NCBI GenBank assembly: GCA_018221205.1
Contig: JAAOYF010000013.1
Location: forward strand, 1 to 36,956
Source: Candidatus Woesearchaeota archaeon
GTDB taxonomy: Archaea > Nanobdellota > Nanobdellia > Woesearchaeales > WJIZ01
Reading direction: 5' to 3'
DNA: 36,956 bases
In this document: positions 18,315 through 27,756 of the stretch, in pieces
Layout of the letters: each line of letters begins with the position of its first letter
Numbering within the stretch: position 1 is the first letter of the stretch
The notes under the pieces: generated by a model
What the model saw: only the letters and a program-made list of their open reading frames with translations
Told to the model about the DNA's origin: nothing
Databases searched by the model: none
Position numbers and translations under genes: made by a program

Positions 18315-19124
18315 ATGATAGATCTCTTTTACTGGTTCTTGTTTCCTGTTGCTATAGTCATCGCATCTATCGCTATGATGGCAGGTATTGGTGGAGCGAT
18401 CATCTTTGCGCCTTTCCTGATGCTCGTCTTAGGATTCTCTACTTTGGAGGCATTGGCAGTCAGTCTCTTTGTCGAATTTTTCGGATTCACTTCAGGCATA
18501 ATAGGATATCTCAGACTGGGTACGATCAATCTGCAGGTGGTCAAGAAGCTGATTCCCTATACTCTGCCTGGGGCAATTATCGGTGTCACGATCGGAAGGC
18601 TCATTCCTGAATCAATATTAAAGGGGATATTGGCACTGCTCCTCATCTATCTCGGCTACAAATTCCTTTATCATAAGAAAGAAGCGTTGCCAAAGCACCC
18701 TAAGCATACAGGCGGGCAGAAATCAACAAGGAAGCACGACGTTACTCCTTTGATCAAAGGAATATCATTTCTCGGCGGTACTTTATTAGGGATGATCTCT
18801 TCTGGACTGGGTGAAGTGAATGAATACAATTTTCTTGAACGTTTAAAGATGAAAGTTTCTGCAGCCTCAGGAACCTCTATCTTTCTCGTCGGAATCTCTG
18901 CGGTCGTAGGCATCATAGTCCACGCCTTTTATTTCGGTAGTTATTCTGATGCAGCGCTCTCAGCAGGGGTTTTTTCAGTAATCCTCTTCAGCATTCCAGG
19001 AGTCATCATCGGCGGCCAGATCGGTGTTGGTTTATCCAAGAAGACTGATCCAGTATTCATGGCTAGGTATATGGGAGTGCTCTTCGCTATACTGGGCATC
19101 GTCACCTTACTGGCAATCTTCTAA
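18315..19124 (+). CDS. TauE/SafE (sulfite exporter) family membrane protein
   Basis: GIGG..FAP motif, repeated halves with ~8 TM helices, AASGTS. Confidence 0.85.
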   Translation: MIDLFYWFLFPVAIVIASIAMMAGIGGAIIFAPFLMLVLGFSTLEALAVSLFVEFFGFTSGIIGYLRLGTINLQVVKKLIPYTLPGAIIGVTIGRLIPESILKGILALLLIYLGYKFLYHKKEALPKHPKHTGGQKSTRKHDVTPLIKGISFLGGTLLGMISSGLGEVNEYNFLERLKMKVSAASGTSIFLVGISAVVGIIVHAFYFGSYSDAALSAGVFSVILFSIPGVIIGGQIGVGLSKKTDPVFMARYMGVLFAILGIVTLLAIF

Positions 19125-19191
19125 ATAAGTATAGAAGGGTTAAAGATAAGCCTTTTATATCAAGGCCCTTGCATTCGAGTAGGGTGATATC

Positions 19192-19746
19192 ATGAGAAAC
19201 ATACATTTCGCATTATTTGCACTATTCCTAGTAGGTTGCAGTACTGTAGTAGTAGAAAACAACCAAGCTTCACACGACACAACAGGTGCACAAGGGCAGC
19301 AGACAGGAATTCCTGCTTGGATGAACATAGAACTGAAAGACGTAAACTCTGGCGAATCCTATAAGATTTCAGATTTTGAAGACAAACCTGTTCTTCTAGA
19401 AAGTTTCGCTGTCTGGTGCCCTACCTGCACAAAGCAGCAGAAAGAAATAAAAAAATTACACGATGAAGTCGGTGATGACATCATCTCCATCAGCCTTGAT
19501 ACAGATCCGAATGAAGATGAACAAAGGGTCCTGGAACATGCAAACGCAAACGGTTTCAGCTGGAGATATTCTGTCGCCCCTACTGCCTTAACAAGGGCAT
19601 TGATTGACGAATTTGGGACAGGGGTGGTGAATGCTCCTGCAGTTCCCGTAGTCTTGATCTGCGGTGACCATTTTAAATATCTGAAGAATGGTGTAAAAAG
19701 TCCAGATTTCCTCAAGAACGAGATAGCACAGGAGTGTGGCGCATGA
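19192..19746 (+). CDS. TlpA/redoxin-like thiol-disulfide lipoprotein
   Basis: LVGC lipobox; FAVWCPTC; thioredoxin-fold pattern. Confidence 0.85.
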   Translation: MRNIHFALFALFLVGCSTVVVENNQASHDTTGAQGQQTGIPAWMNIELKDVNSGESYKISDFEDKPVLLESFAVWCPTCTKQQKEIKKLHDEVGDDIISISLDTDPNEDEQRVLEHANANGFSWRYSVAPTALTRALIDEFGTGVVNAPAVPVVLICGDHFKYLKNGVKSPDFLKNEIAQECGA

Positions 19747-20420
19747 TTGACTATGCGCTCAACCTATGGTTGACCTTTTTGGCAGGCATTGTCGCTCCTT
19801 TAGGGGCAGTATGTGTCTGGCCGTTGTATCCTGGCTTTCTCGCCTATCTCTCAAACCAATTATCAGGAAAGGAGTCAAAGAAGACCTACGCTCTTCTTGG
19901 CTTTATCGCTACATTAGGGGTGATCACTTCTTTAGGCATCATCGGATTGATCGTGACCACACTATTCAGGGCATCATTGACCAATGCTATAGGCATCATC
20001 TCTCCGATAGCCTTCATCATTCTCGGCATCGTCGGCATTCTCTTGATCTTCAATGTGGATTTCGGAAGATTCCTGCCGCAGACAAAAGCCCCTATCCTAA
20101 AGAATCCACTTGCCAGTGCATATGTATTTGGGCTGTTCTTTGGAGCGATTGTCTTGCCGTGCAACCCCGGCCCCATAATAGCATTATTCGCATTGAGCAC
20201 AGGTGTCACAAATGCTGCTGCAAATTTCTCCTTGTTTCTTGTCTTCGGTCTTGGCATGGGTCTTCCTCTGCTGCTCTTCTCGATCATCTCAGCAGGCAGG
20301 AGCCAACAGATCATCAATTGGATGAGCAGAAGGAAAACAATTATAAATCGCTCTTTGGGAATAGTGATAGTGCTCATCACATTATATTTCCTTATCTTTG
20401 ATTTCAAGGTGTTCGGATGA
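19743..20420 (+). CDS. ccdA: CcdA/DsbD-beta transmembrane electron transporter
   Basis: AG....VCVWPLYP and LPCNPGP cysteine motifs; FGLGMGLP. Confidence 0.85.
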   Translation: MIDYALNLWLTFLAGIVAPLGAVCVWPLYPGFLAYLSNQLSGKESKKTYALLGFIATLGVITSLGIIGLIVTTLFRASLTNAIGIISPIAFIILGIVGILLIFNVDFGRFLPQTKAPILKNPLASAYVFGLFFGAIVLPCNPGPIIALFALSTGVTNAAANFSLFLVFGLGMGLPLLLFSIISAGRSQQIINWMSRRKTIINRSLGIVIVLITLYFLIFDFKVFG

Positions 20421-21517
20421 AGAAAGAGACGATCTATCTGATTATTGCATTGATTGCTGTTGTCGGCGTCATCGGCTATATTCAAAGCATCAGTTCTGAA
20501 AGAGGATATAAAGACCTCATTGACCAACCGGCTCAAATCGGTTCAGACAGGCAGATCATCAATCCTGAAAAAGAAGGAAAATATCCAAAAGCCCCTGAAT
20601 TACGAGGGATAGCCGGCTATCTCAACGTCGAGGATATCACCATAGCACAGCAGCAAGGTAAAGTCGTCTTGATTGATTTCTGGACCTACAGCTGCATCAA
20701 TTGCATCCGTACCTTGCCTCATCTGACAGAATGGGACAGAAAGTATAGAGAAAAAGGATTTGTCATTATCGGTGTGCATACTCCAGAATTCAATTTTGAG
20801 AAAGAATATGACAATGTGCAGGCAGCGATGGAAAAGTACAACATAGAATATTCTGTTGTGCAGGACAATGATTATCTTACCTGGCGCGCCTATCAGAACC
20901 GCTATTGGCCAAGAAAATATCTTATAGACCATGAAGGGTATATCCGCTATGACCATATAGGAGAAGGCGCTTATGACGAGACAGAGAAGATGATCCAGCA
21001 GCTGTTGGAAGAGGCAGGCCAAGAAGCAGATGAAGAACTTTCTGAGATCGAGGACAAAACCCCTATTTTAAGACGCACACCAGAACTCTATGCAGGTCAT
21101 CAGTTCGCTCTTCCCCGAGGCCAGAATGTCGGGAATGAAGAAGGGCTGCAGCCAGAGCAGATCATCGACTATACCTTACCAGAGGCAATCAAGGATGATA
21201 TCATCTATCTCGAAGGAAGATGGCGTAGTGGTGGAGATGAGCTTGCAGCAAAAAGCAACGGCCTTGTCGTGCTGGACTATATCGCATCCGATGTCAATAT
21301 AGTCGCAGATGGCTCTCAGGAGATTGAGGTATTCCTTGATGATCGATATATAACTGAAGAACAGGCCGGTGCTGATGTGCAGTTCGATAATATGAGGGCA
21401 TACATCGTGGTAGACGAGCCGAGATTATATAATGTCATCAGCGGAGACTATGGAAGAGATATTCTAAAATTAAAAGTGAATGAAGGATTCAGCTTCAATG
21501 CCTTCACCTTTGGTTAA
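20417..21517 (+). CDS. DipZ-like redoxin with C-terminal beta domain
   Basis: N-terminal TM; DFWTYSCINC, GVHTPEF, YWPRKYLID, HIGEGAY, terminal AFTFG. Confidence 0.88.
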   Translation: MKKETIYLIIALIAVVGVIGYIQSISSERGYKDLIDQPAQIGSDRQIINPEKEGKYPKAPELRGIAGYLNVEDITIAQQQGKVVLIDFWTYSCINCIRTLPHLTEWDRKYREKGFVIIGVHTPEFNFEKEYDNVQAAMEKYNIEYSVVQDNDYLTWRAYQNRYWPRKYLIDHEGYIRYDHIGEGAYDETEKMIQQLLEEAGQEADEELSEIEDKTPILRRTPELYAGHQFALPRGQNVGNEEGLQPEQIIDYTLPEAIKDDIIYLEGRWRSGGDELAAKSNGLVVLDYIASDVNIVADGSQEIEVFLDDRYITEEQAGADVQFDNMRAYIVVDEPRLYNVISGDYGRDILKLKVNEGFSFNAFTFG

Positions 21518-22146
21518 GTGATATAGCCTTTCATCAGCATCCTTCCCAGGAAGCTGAGAGATATCTTTGTCCTTCCCTTCACATCCTCTGTCTTGACCAA
21601 TTCCATCTCTTTCAGACCTTCAGATTTCAGATTGCCATTGACATGATAGCTTATCAGCGGCATGCTCATCTTCACTTTCTTGCTTAAAACATCTAGTGAA
21701 GAGCAGCAATCTGAAGCAGTGTATAATACCTCAAGGATCTTCATCTTCTTGTCAGTGAGAAGTTTATAATAGGAGAACTTCAACACAGGCAGCAGCATAG
21801 TTGAGTTGCCCTCAACACCGAATGCCTTCAACCCATTCACAAAAGCTGCTGATGTAGCTGCACATCTTGAGTCTCGATCTCCTGTTGAGACATTGATGAT
21901 GATCTCACCTTTCTCATATTTCTTGATCTTTGCCACTTCCTGGAAGATCGCTTCCCATATGTTGCCCTTTATCTGTATGATCTGTGTAGGAATCTTGAAT
22001 TTCTCCAAGTTAGCCTTTGCTTCCTCTGCAATGGGCACCCTATCAACAGGAGTAAGAAGAATGATCTTCTCTGTAGGGAATTCCTTGATACCTACATAAA
22101 GGTCCTCAATATAATCGCCAACCGGTGCTACAATCGTTTTTTTCAT
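21514..22146 (-). CDS. CARF-like Rossmann + winged-HTH regulator (Csa3/HFX_2341/DUF6293-like)
   Basis: IVAPVG, KIILL, IIINVSTGDR, then wHTH with ISYHV and LSFLGR. Confidence 0.7.
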   Translation of the reverse strand: MKKTIVAPVGDYIEDLYVGIKEFPTEKIILLTPVDRVPIAEEAKANLEKFKIPTQIIQIKGNIWEAIFQEVAKIKKYEKGEIIINVSTGDRDSRCAATSAAFVNGLKAFGVEGNSTMLLPVLKFSYYKLLTDKKMKILEVLYTASDCCSSLDVLSKKVKMSMPLISYHVNGNLKSEGLKEMELVKTEDVKGRTKISLSFLGRMLMKGYIT

Positions 22147-22220
22147 CACAACCACCTCATTACTTGTAAAAAAGTACCTAGTTTGATATATAATTACTAT
22201 ATTGAGCTATTAAAGATATG

Positions 22221-22236
22221 GTTTAACTTATTAAAC
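22221..22236. promoter_or_regulatory. Candidate operator GTTTAA-N4-TTAAAC
   Basis: Perfect inverted repeat in the divergent promoter region; degenerate copies at 32504-32519 and 35632-35647. Confidence 0.4.
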
Positions 22237-22316
22237 TTCTGTTTTAATGCATAAAGAGAGTATAGATATAAGCTCGAGAGCTCTAAAAGGGTTATAAATT
22301 GAAAGGAGGTGCCAAA

Positions 22317-22346
22317 ATGAAAGGAGGAGATGGTTGCGGATGCTAA
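22317..22346 (+). CDS. 9-aa leader micro-ORF MKGGDGCGC
   Basis: Near-perfect SD AAGGAGGTG 5 nt before ATG; followed by T-rich tract. Confidence 0.5.
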   Translation: MKGGDGCGC

Positions 22347-22354
22347 ATTATAGG

Positions 22355-22370
22355 GTTTTTTTCTTTTTTT
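22355..22370 (+). terminator. Oligo-T tract, possible archaeal terminator
   Basis: TTTTTTTTCTTTTTTT between micro-ORF and glutaredoxin. Confidence 0.35.
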
Positions 22371-22399
22371 GACAACACATATAAACCGAGGTGGTTAAC

Positions 22400-22630
22400 A
22401 TGACAGATATAAAAGTATATTCGACACCGACTTGTCCTTGGTGTACCAAAGCAAAAGAATTCCTCAAGTCAAAAAACATTGAGTTTGATGATTTGGATGT
22501 GTCGACAGATACAGATGCTCGAAACGAGATGCTTGAGAAGTCAGGCCAGATGGGTGTTCCTGTATTGGATATCAAGGGAACGATCATAGTCGGCTTCAAT
22601 CAAGAGGCTCTGGAAAAAGCATTAGGGTGA
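22400..22630 (+). CDS. Glutaredoxin-like protein (NrdH/YruB type), copy 1
   Basis: YSTPTCPWC, SGQMGVPV, IVGF. Confidence 0.92.
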   Translation: MTDIKVYSTPTCPWCTKAKEFLKSKNIEFDDLDVSTDTDARNEMLEKSGQMGVPVLDIKGTIIVGFNQEALEKALG

Positions 22631-22634
22631 TACT

Positions 22635-23987
22635 ATGCGTTCAGTGAATCCGTACACAGAAGAGGTGATGAAAGAGTTCGGGGAGATTTCAATAGAACAG
22701 GCCTTGGAGCAGCTTAAGAAATCAAAGCAGGCTCAGGAAAGATGGAAACTTCTCTCTGTTGCGGATCGTATCCCTTATCTCACAAAGCTGGCAGCTGTGC
22801 TGAGAAAGAATAAGCAGAGATATGCTGAGATGATCACCAAAGAGATGGGTAAGCCCATCAAAGAAAGTCTTGGCGAAGTGGAAAAATGTGCCTGGCTTGC
22901 TGATTATTTTGCAGAAAAGTCAGAAGAATTTCTCAAAGATGAACACATCAAGACCGATTTCAAGAAATCCTACATCAGATTCCAGCCATTAGGTGCTGTC
23001 TTTACCATAATGCCCTGGAACTATCCGTTCTGGCAGGTATATAGGCAAGCTGTTCTCTCGACAGTCGCTGGAAATGCCTGCTTGCTGAAACATGCATCAA
23101 ATGTTCCCCAGACAGCCTTATTCATCGAGGAATCATTCAAAGAAGCAGGCTATCCTGATCATATCTTCAAGACATTGCTGATCAGCTCGAAGACAGCCAT
23201 GGAACTTATCCCGCATGTAGATGCTGTCTCTCTGACAGGAAGCAATAAAGCTGGAGAAGCTGTCGGCGAGCTAGCAGGCAAACATATCAAGCCATTGGTC
23301 CTTGAGTTAGGAGGCTCTGACCCCTTCATAGTATTAGATGATGCAGATGTGAAAGCAGCAGCTCAGATGGCGATCAAGACAAGGTTCATCAATACCGGCC
23401 AAAGCTGCATCGCAGCTAAAAGACTGATAGTGATGGAGAAAGTCGCAGAAGAATTTGAGAAAGAATTCATCGCTGCTGCAAAACAATTAAAGGTTGGCGA
23501 TCCCATGGATCCAGAAATAGATATCGGCCCTGTCGCAAAGAAAGGGTTTGTTGATGATCTTGAATCTCAATTGAGAGATGCAGAAGATAAAGGGGCTAAA
23601 GTGACAAGGATAGCTGAGAAGCAGGAAAAAGGATTCTTCTTCATCCCCTGCATCGTCACCAGTACTGCTGACAATATGAAAGTCCTGAAAGAGGAGACTT
23701 TTGGTCCTATTGCTCCTATCATCATCGTAAAAAGCGAAGAAGAAGTAGTGAAGATTGCCAATGATACAGAATTCGGCCTTGGTGCTGCGATCTGGAGCAA
23801 AAATCTAGAGAGAGCAGAGAGACTGGCTGGACAGATCGAGTCAGGAACGGTCGTAATAAACAGTATGGTCAAATCAGATCCCAGACTGCCTTTTGGCGGC
23901 ATCAAGAAATCTGGTGTCGGAAGGGAACTATCAAGATATGGCCTGATGGAATTCGTCAATATAAAAACAATCGTGGTGAAAGAATGA
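22635..23987 (+). CDS. gabD: NAD(P)-dependent succinate-semialdehyde dehydrogenase-like ALDH
   Basis: MPWNYP, LKHAS, LTGS, ELGGSD, GQSCIA, EETFGP, PFGGIK. Confidence 0.85.
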   Translation: MRSVNPYTEEVMKEFGEISIEQALEQLKKSKQAQERWKLLSVADRIPYLTKLAAVLRKNKQRYAEMITKEMGKPIKESLGEVEKCAWLADYFAEKSEEFLKDEHIKTDFKKSYIRFQPLGAVFTIMPWNYPFWQVYRQAVLSTVAGNACLLKHASNVPQTALFIEESFKEAGYPDHIFKTLLISSKTAMELIPHVDAVSLTGSNKAGEAVGELAGKHIKPLVLELGGSDPFIVLDDADVKAAAQMAIKTRFINTGQSCIAAKRLIVMEKVAEEFEKEFIAAAKQLKVGDPMDPEIDIGPVAKKGFVDDLESQLRDAEDKGAKVTRIAEKQEKGFFFIPCIVTSTADNMKVLKEETFGPIAPIIIVKSEEEVVKIANDTEFGLGAAIWSKNLERAERLAGQIESGTVVINSMVKSDPRLPFGGIKKSGVGRELSRYGLMEFVNIKTIVVKE

Positions 23988-24015
23988 AAGGAGATTTTTC
24001 AAGAAAAAATGAAAG
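23983..24015 (+). repeat. Short hairpin between duplicated AATGAAAG stop/start junctions
   Basis: AATGAAAG-GAGATTTTTCAAGAAAA-AATGAAAG. Confidence 0.45.
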
Positions 24016-25655
24016 CATCTGATCTTTTTGTACAATGCCTCGAGGCAGAGGGAGTAGAGTATGTCTTTGCAGTTCCAGGAGAAGAGAATCTTGATCTATT
24101 AGAGAGCCTGAGAAAATCAAAGATCAAAGTCATTGTCAACCGTCATGAGCAGGGTGCTGCCTTCATGGCAGCAACCTATGGAAGATTGACTGGAAAGCCT
24201 GGAGTATGTATGTCCACATTAGGGCCAGGCGCGACCAACTTGCTGACAGGGATTGCCCATGCAGAACTAGGAGGGATGCCCCTTATAGCGATAACAGGAC
24301 AGAAAGGCATCAGGGAAAATTGGCAGGCTACGTTTCAGGTGATTGATGTCGTTGGTATGATGAAACCTATTACTCAAAGGGCAGTTCAAATTCGAGGTCC
24401 GAAGTCCATTCCAGAAGAAGTGAGGGAAGCGTTCAGGCTTGCGACAGAAGAGAGGCAGGGAGCATGCCACATCGAGCTTCCTGAAGACATTGCCTCAGAA
24501 GACGTCGATGATCGCTTCAAGCCCCATCATGTCCATAAGCAGAGACGTCCTGTTGCATATCATAAAGGTGTAAAAGGGGCTGCAGAGATGATAAAGCAGG
24601 CCAAGCACCCTATCATCATCGTCTCCTCAAGAGCGCAAAGAAATCTGGTCCATCGCGCTTTGAGAGAGTTCTGTGACAAGACTGATATCTACGTCATCCA
24701 TACTCAATTAGGGAAAGGGGCCCTAGGTGATGACCATAAGAACAGCCTATTCGCCTTTGGCATCCACAAAAGAGATTATGTCCATTGTGCTATCGATGAA
24801 AGCGATCTGATTGTCTGTGTCGGCTATGACCCCTCAGAACATCCTCCTGCTGTCTGGAACAAGGACCTCGATAAGAGGATTCTTCATATTGATTTCACGT
24901 ATGCCAAACCAGATGAATACTATAATCCTGCATGTGAATTATTAGGTGATATCGCGACAAGTTTGGACATGCTGAGAGAGGAGTTGAAAGATTTCACATT
25001 GCGTTGCGACCATTGCACAGCATTCAGGGAAAAGCTCAAGAAACAGCTTTTTGTCGATCATGCTGACGACGCAAGCTATCCGCTGAAACCGAGAAGGATC
25101 GTCGCTGATGCACGAAAAGTCCTTGGACAAGAGGATATCATCTGCATGGACAATGGCATCTACAAGATGTGGTTCTCAAGGCATTATCCGACGTATAACA
25201 TCGGAACATTCCTCATCGACAATACATTGGCGACAATGGGGGCAGGCCTGCCTAGTGCGATGGCTGCCAAACTCGTTCATCCAGATAAAAAAGTGTTGGC
25301 AGTCGTAGGTGACGGCGGCTTCATGATGAATTCCCAGGAACTAGAGACTGCTGTGAGATTGAAGCAGAACATCGTTGTCTTGATCCTCAATGATAATGCC
25401 TACGGCTTCATCAAGTGGAAGCAGAAGAATTATGGCTTCCCGGACTTTGCTTTAGATTATGGCAACCCTGATTTCGTCAAGTATGCCGAAGCATATGGTG
25501 CAAAGGGATTGAAGGTGGAATCAGCTGATGATCTCAAGAATAAATTGGATGAAGCATTCTCTCATGACGGCCCGGTGTTGATCGAGTGCCCGATTGATTA
25601 TTCTGAGAACGTCGAAGTATGGAACAAAGAATTAGATGATATGAAGTGCAATTAG
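24009..25655 (+). CDS. ThDP-dependent enzyme, acetolactate-synthase-like (possible 2-oxoglutarate decarboxylase)
   Basis: PGEENL, RHEQGAAFMA, TLGPGATN, GDGGFMMN...NDN. Confidence 0.85.
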   Translation: MKASDLFVQCLEAEGVEYVFAVPGEENLDLLESLRKSKIKVIVNRHEQGAAFMAATYGRLTGKPGVCMSTLGPGATNLLTGIAHAELGGMPLIAITGQKGIRENWQATFQVIDVVGMMKPITQRAVQIRGPKSIPEEVREAFRLATEERQGACHIELPEDIASEDVDDRFKPHHVHKQRRPVAYHKGVKGAAEMIKQAKHPIIIVSSRAQRNLVHRALREFCDKTDIYVIHTQLGKGALGDDHKNSLFAFGIHKRDYVHCAIDESDLIVCVGYDPSEHPPAVWNKDLDKRILHIDFTYAKPDEYYNPACELLGDIATSLDMLREELKDFTLRCDHCTAFREKLKKQLFVDHADDASYPLKPRRIVADARKVLGQEDIICMDNGIYKMWFSRHYPTYNIGTFLIDNTLATMGAGLPSAMAAKLVHPDKKVLAVVGDGGFMMNSQELETAVRLKQNIVVLILNDNAYGFIKWKQKNYGFPDFALDYGNPDFVKYAEAYGAKGLKVESADDLKNKLDEAFSHDGPVLIECPIDYSENVEVWNKELDDMKCN

Positions 25656-25671
25656 GTTAGGAATCATTAAA

Positions 25672-26028
25672 ATGTTCTTTGAAAAAAGATTGAGAAAACT
25701 GAGTTCAACCTATTTCAGTATGGCTTTGCTAGGGAAATTGCTCATCATCATCTCTTTAGGAAGCATCTTCTCCCGGTTCCTCATTCTCTATGGCCTCTTC
25801 ATCCTCATCTTCGGTGTTATTATCGTAGTGAATTATCTTCATGCCAATCTAAAAAACTGGCACAAGAAAAAACAGACCACTTTTTCTACGCATATGCTAG
25901 GATATGGGGGTATGATGCTTTTAGCTCTTTTCCTGGGGATGCAAGCCACCTTTTTACCCTTTAAACATATTATTTTTATACTCGGTCTAGTGCTTATTAT
26001 CCCAGGAACGATTCAGTTTTTCAGGTGA
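25672..26028 (+). CDS. Hypothetical 4-TM membrane protein
   Basis: Four hydrophobic segments. Confidence 0.65.
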   Translation: MFFEKRLRKLSSTYFSMALLGKLLIIISLGSIFSRFLILYGLFILIFGVIIVVNYLHANLKNWHKKKQTTFSTHMLGYGGMMLLALFLGMQATFLPFKHIIFILGLVLIIPGTIQFFR

Positions 26029-26033
26029 TTATC

Positions 26034-27026
26034 ATGAACAAAAAAATAATGCTCTTAGGATTAGGACTGCTTGCGATAGTCGTTGTTACTGCATGCACTC
26101 CTCCATCTTCAGATGATCAAGAAAAAGCACCAGAGACCCCGACTGAAGATGATAATGAAATTAAAGTAGATTCTCGAGGAAGGAAATATCTTGTCGATCC
26201 TGATAAGATTCGTGGTGGTGGCCCCCCCAAAGATGGCATCCCCTCAATTGATAATCCTAAATACGTGACTGTTGAAGAAGCCGATGTGTGGATCCAGGAT
26301 AACGAACTTGTTCTGGCGATGATCTATAAAGGAGTCAAAAGAGTGTATCCCTTGCAGATCATGGTCTGGCATGAGATTGTCAATGACAACATAGCAGGAG
26401 ACCCTATCTTGATTACCTATTGTCCTCTCTGCGGTTCTGGCATTGCCTATGAACGGACATTAGATGGTGAGGAAGTTGAGTTCGGGACATCAGGAAAGCT
26501 CTACAATTCAAATCTAGTCATGTATGATAGGAAAACAGATAGCTATTGGTCCCAGATAGACGGACAGGCCATTGTCGGCGAATTGACTGGGATGGAATTG
26601 ACACCGATCAGCGTCGATACCGTAGTATGGAGGGACTGGAAAAAAGTCCATCCAGATTCAGAAGTATTGAGCCAAGATACTGGCTTCACGAGATCATATG
26701 GAAGAGACCCCTACGGCAGCTATTATGAAGACAGTTTCCTCATCTTCCCTGTTGATAATGAAGATGATAGGTTACATCCAAAAGACATCATCTTCGGGAT
26801 TGAAGTTGATGGTGCCTATAAGGCATATAGGGAAGAAGACCTGAAAACTGACGCAGAGATCGAAGACACGGTCAATGGTGTTGATATCAAAGTAACAAGA
26901 GATGAAGTGGGCATTGTCAAGATAATCAATGTTGATACCGGTGAAGAGATCGTCAAAGAACGCGATATGTGGTTCGCATGGTACGCCTTTCACCCAGATA
27001 CATTACTATACGAGACCGAAGAGTAA
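26034..27026 (+). CDS. DUF3179-family lipoprotein with CxxC
   Basis: VTAC lipobox; GGPPKDGIPSID, HEIVND, YCPLCGS, FGTSGKLYNSNLVMYDR, FWFAW-like end. Confidence 0.85.
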   Translation: MNKKIMLLGLGLLAIVVVTACTPPSSDDQEKAPETPTEDDNEIKVDSRGRKYLVDPDKIRGGGPPKDGIPSIDNPKYVTVEEADVWIQDNELVLAMIYKGVKRVYPLQIMVWHEIVNDNIAGDPILITYCPLCGSGIAYERTLDGEEVEFGTSGKLYNSNLVMYDRKTDSYWSQIDGQAIVGELTGMELTPISVDTVVWRDWKKVHPDSEVLSQDTGFTRSYGRDPYGSYYEDSFLIFPVDNEDDRLHPKDIIFGIEVDGAYKAYREEDLKTDAEIEDTVNGVDIKVTRDEVGIVKIINVDTGEEIVKERDMWFAWYAFHPDTLLYETEE

Positions 27027-27151
27027 TCAAGTGTACCATGCGTCCCGAACAAAGCGAGGGTATGCATTTCATCCGGAAACAGAACTTTATGAGACGGGCT
27101 AAAAGCGGACTTCTTTTAATCTCGATGTTAGTTTCAATTGAGAAAAAGCCC
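27027..27151. repeat. Composite palindromic element, left copy, ending TTGAGAAAAAGCCC
   Basis: Hairpin 27038-27067; 27109-27135 matches 27657-27683 at 21/27; 14-bp end is the inverse of 27526-27539. Confidence 0.6.
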
Positions 27152-27152
27152 C

Positions 27153-27488
27153 TTAACCAAATATTAGAGCACCGACTATTATTAAAACGTAAAGAATTTC
27201 CCACATAATATATATTATGATCAAAGGTTTTTCTTTGTGGACAATACCATAGGCGATAAATACTGCACCAATAATAAAATATGAAGCCCAAGTAATTATG
27301 GAAACTCCCGATGCGTTTTGTCCTATCCATATTATAACAATTTGTGGTATGGTCATAGCCAATCCAAAAAAACCAGCTATGTAAACTAATTTATCTATAA
27401 TCTTCTTCACTTTTTCTGATTGAGAAATTTTTTTATGTATTCTTTTTTTAATGTGTTGATGATGTTTTACATGCATGTCTTGAACCAT
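27153..27488 (-). CDS. PQ-loop / SemiSWEET-family 3-TM transporter
   Basis: IPQIV..W...NASGVS, YG, three TM helices; AT-rich; own TATA at ~27510. Confidence 0.8.
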   Translation of the reverse strand: MVQDMHVKHHQHIKKRIHKKISQSEKVKKIIDKLVYIAGFFGLAMTIPQIVIIWIGQNASGVSIITWASYFIIGAVFIAYGIVHKEKPLIIIYIMWEILYVLIIVGALIFG

Positions 27489-27525
27489 AAATTCATAATG
27501 GTGATCCAGTTATATAAATGTATCT

Positions 27526-27718
27526 GGGCTTTTTCTCAACTCCGCGGACGCGGTTTGACCATACGCTGTATGGTCAAAGAACTTAACAAGGCTTAAAGGG
27601 TTCATTCGTCGCTCTCCAAGCTCCTCCTTATTCTCCCAAATTTTGCCTTTGGCAAAACTTCTCTTAATCGTGATGCTAAATTCTGACACCTAACTTTACG
27701 AATCTGAGTAGAAAGCCT
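27526..27718. repeat. Composite palindromic element, right copy (MITE-like)
   Basis: Starts GGGCTTTTTCTCAA, ends degenerate TGAGTAGAAAGCCT; hairpins at 27554-27578 and 27641-27657. Confidence 0.6.
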
Positions 27719-27756
27719 AAAATACTACATATAATTGTCTAATCAAAGGTGATAAC

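Noticed and set aside
19743..21517. Cytochrome c maturation system
   Set aside because: No CcsA/ResB/ResC or CxxCH proteins in the window; CcdA more likely serves general thiol reduction
21514..22370. Possible CRISPR-Cas locus suggested by the Csa3-like regulator
   Set aside because: No repeat-spacer array or cas genes in the window
27027..27718. Integron attC sites
   Set aside because: No RYYYAAC...GTTRRRY boundaries recognised and no integrase; kept as an unclassified repeat
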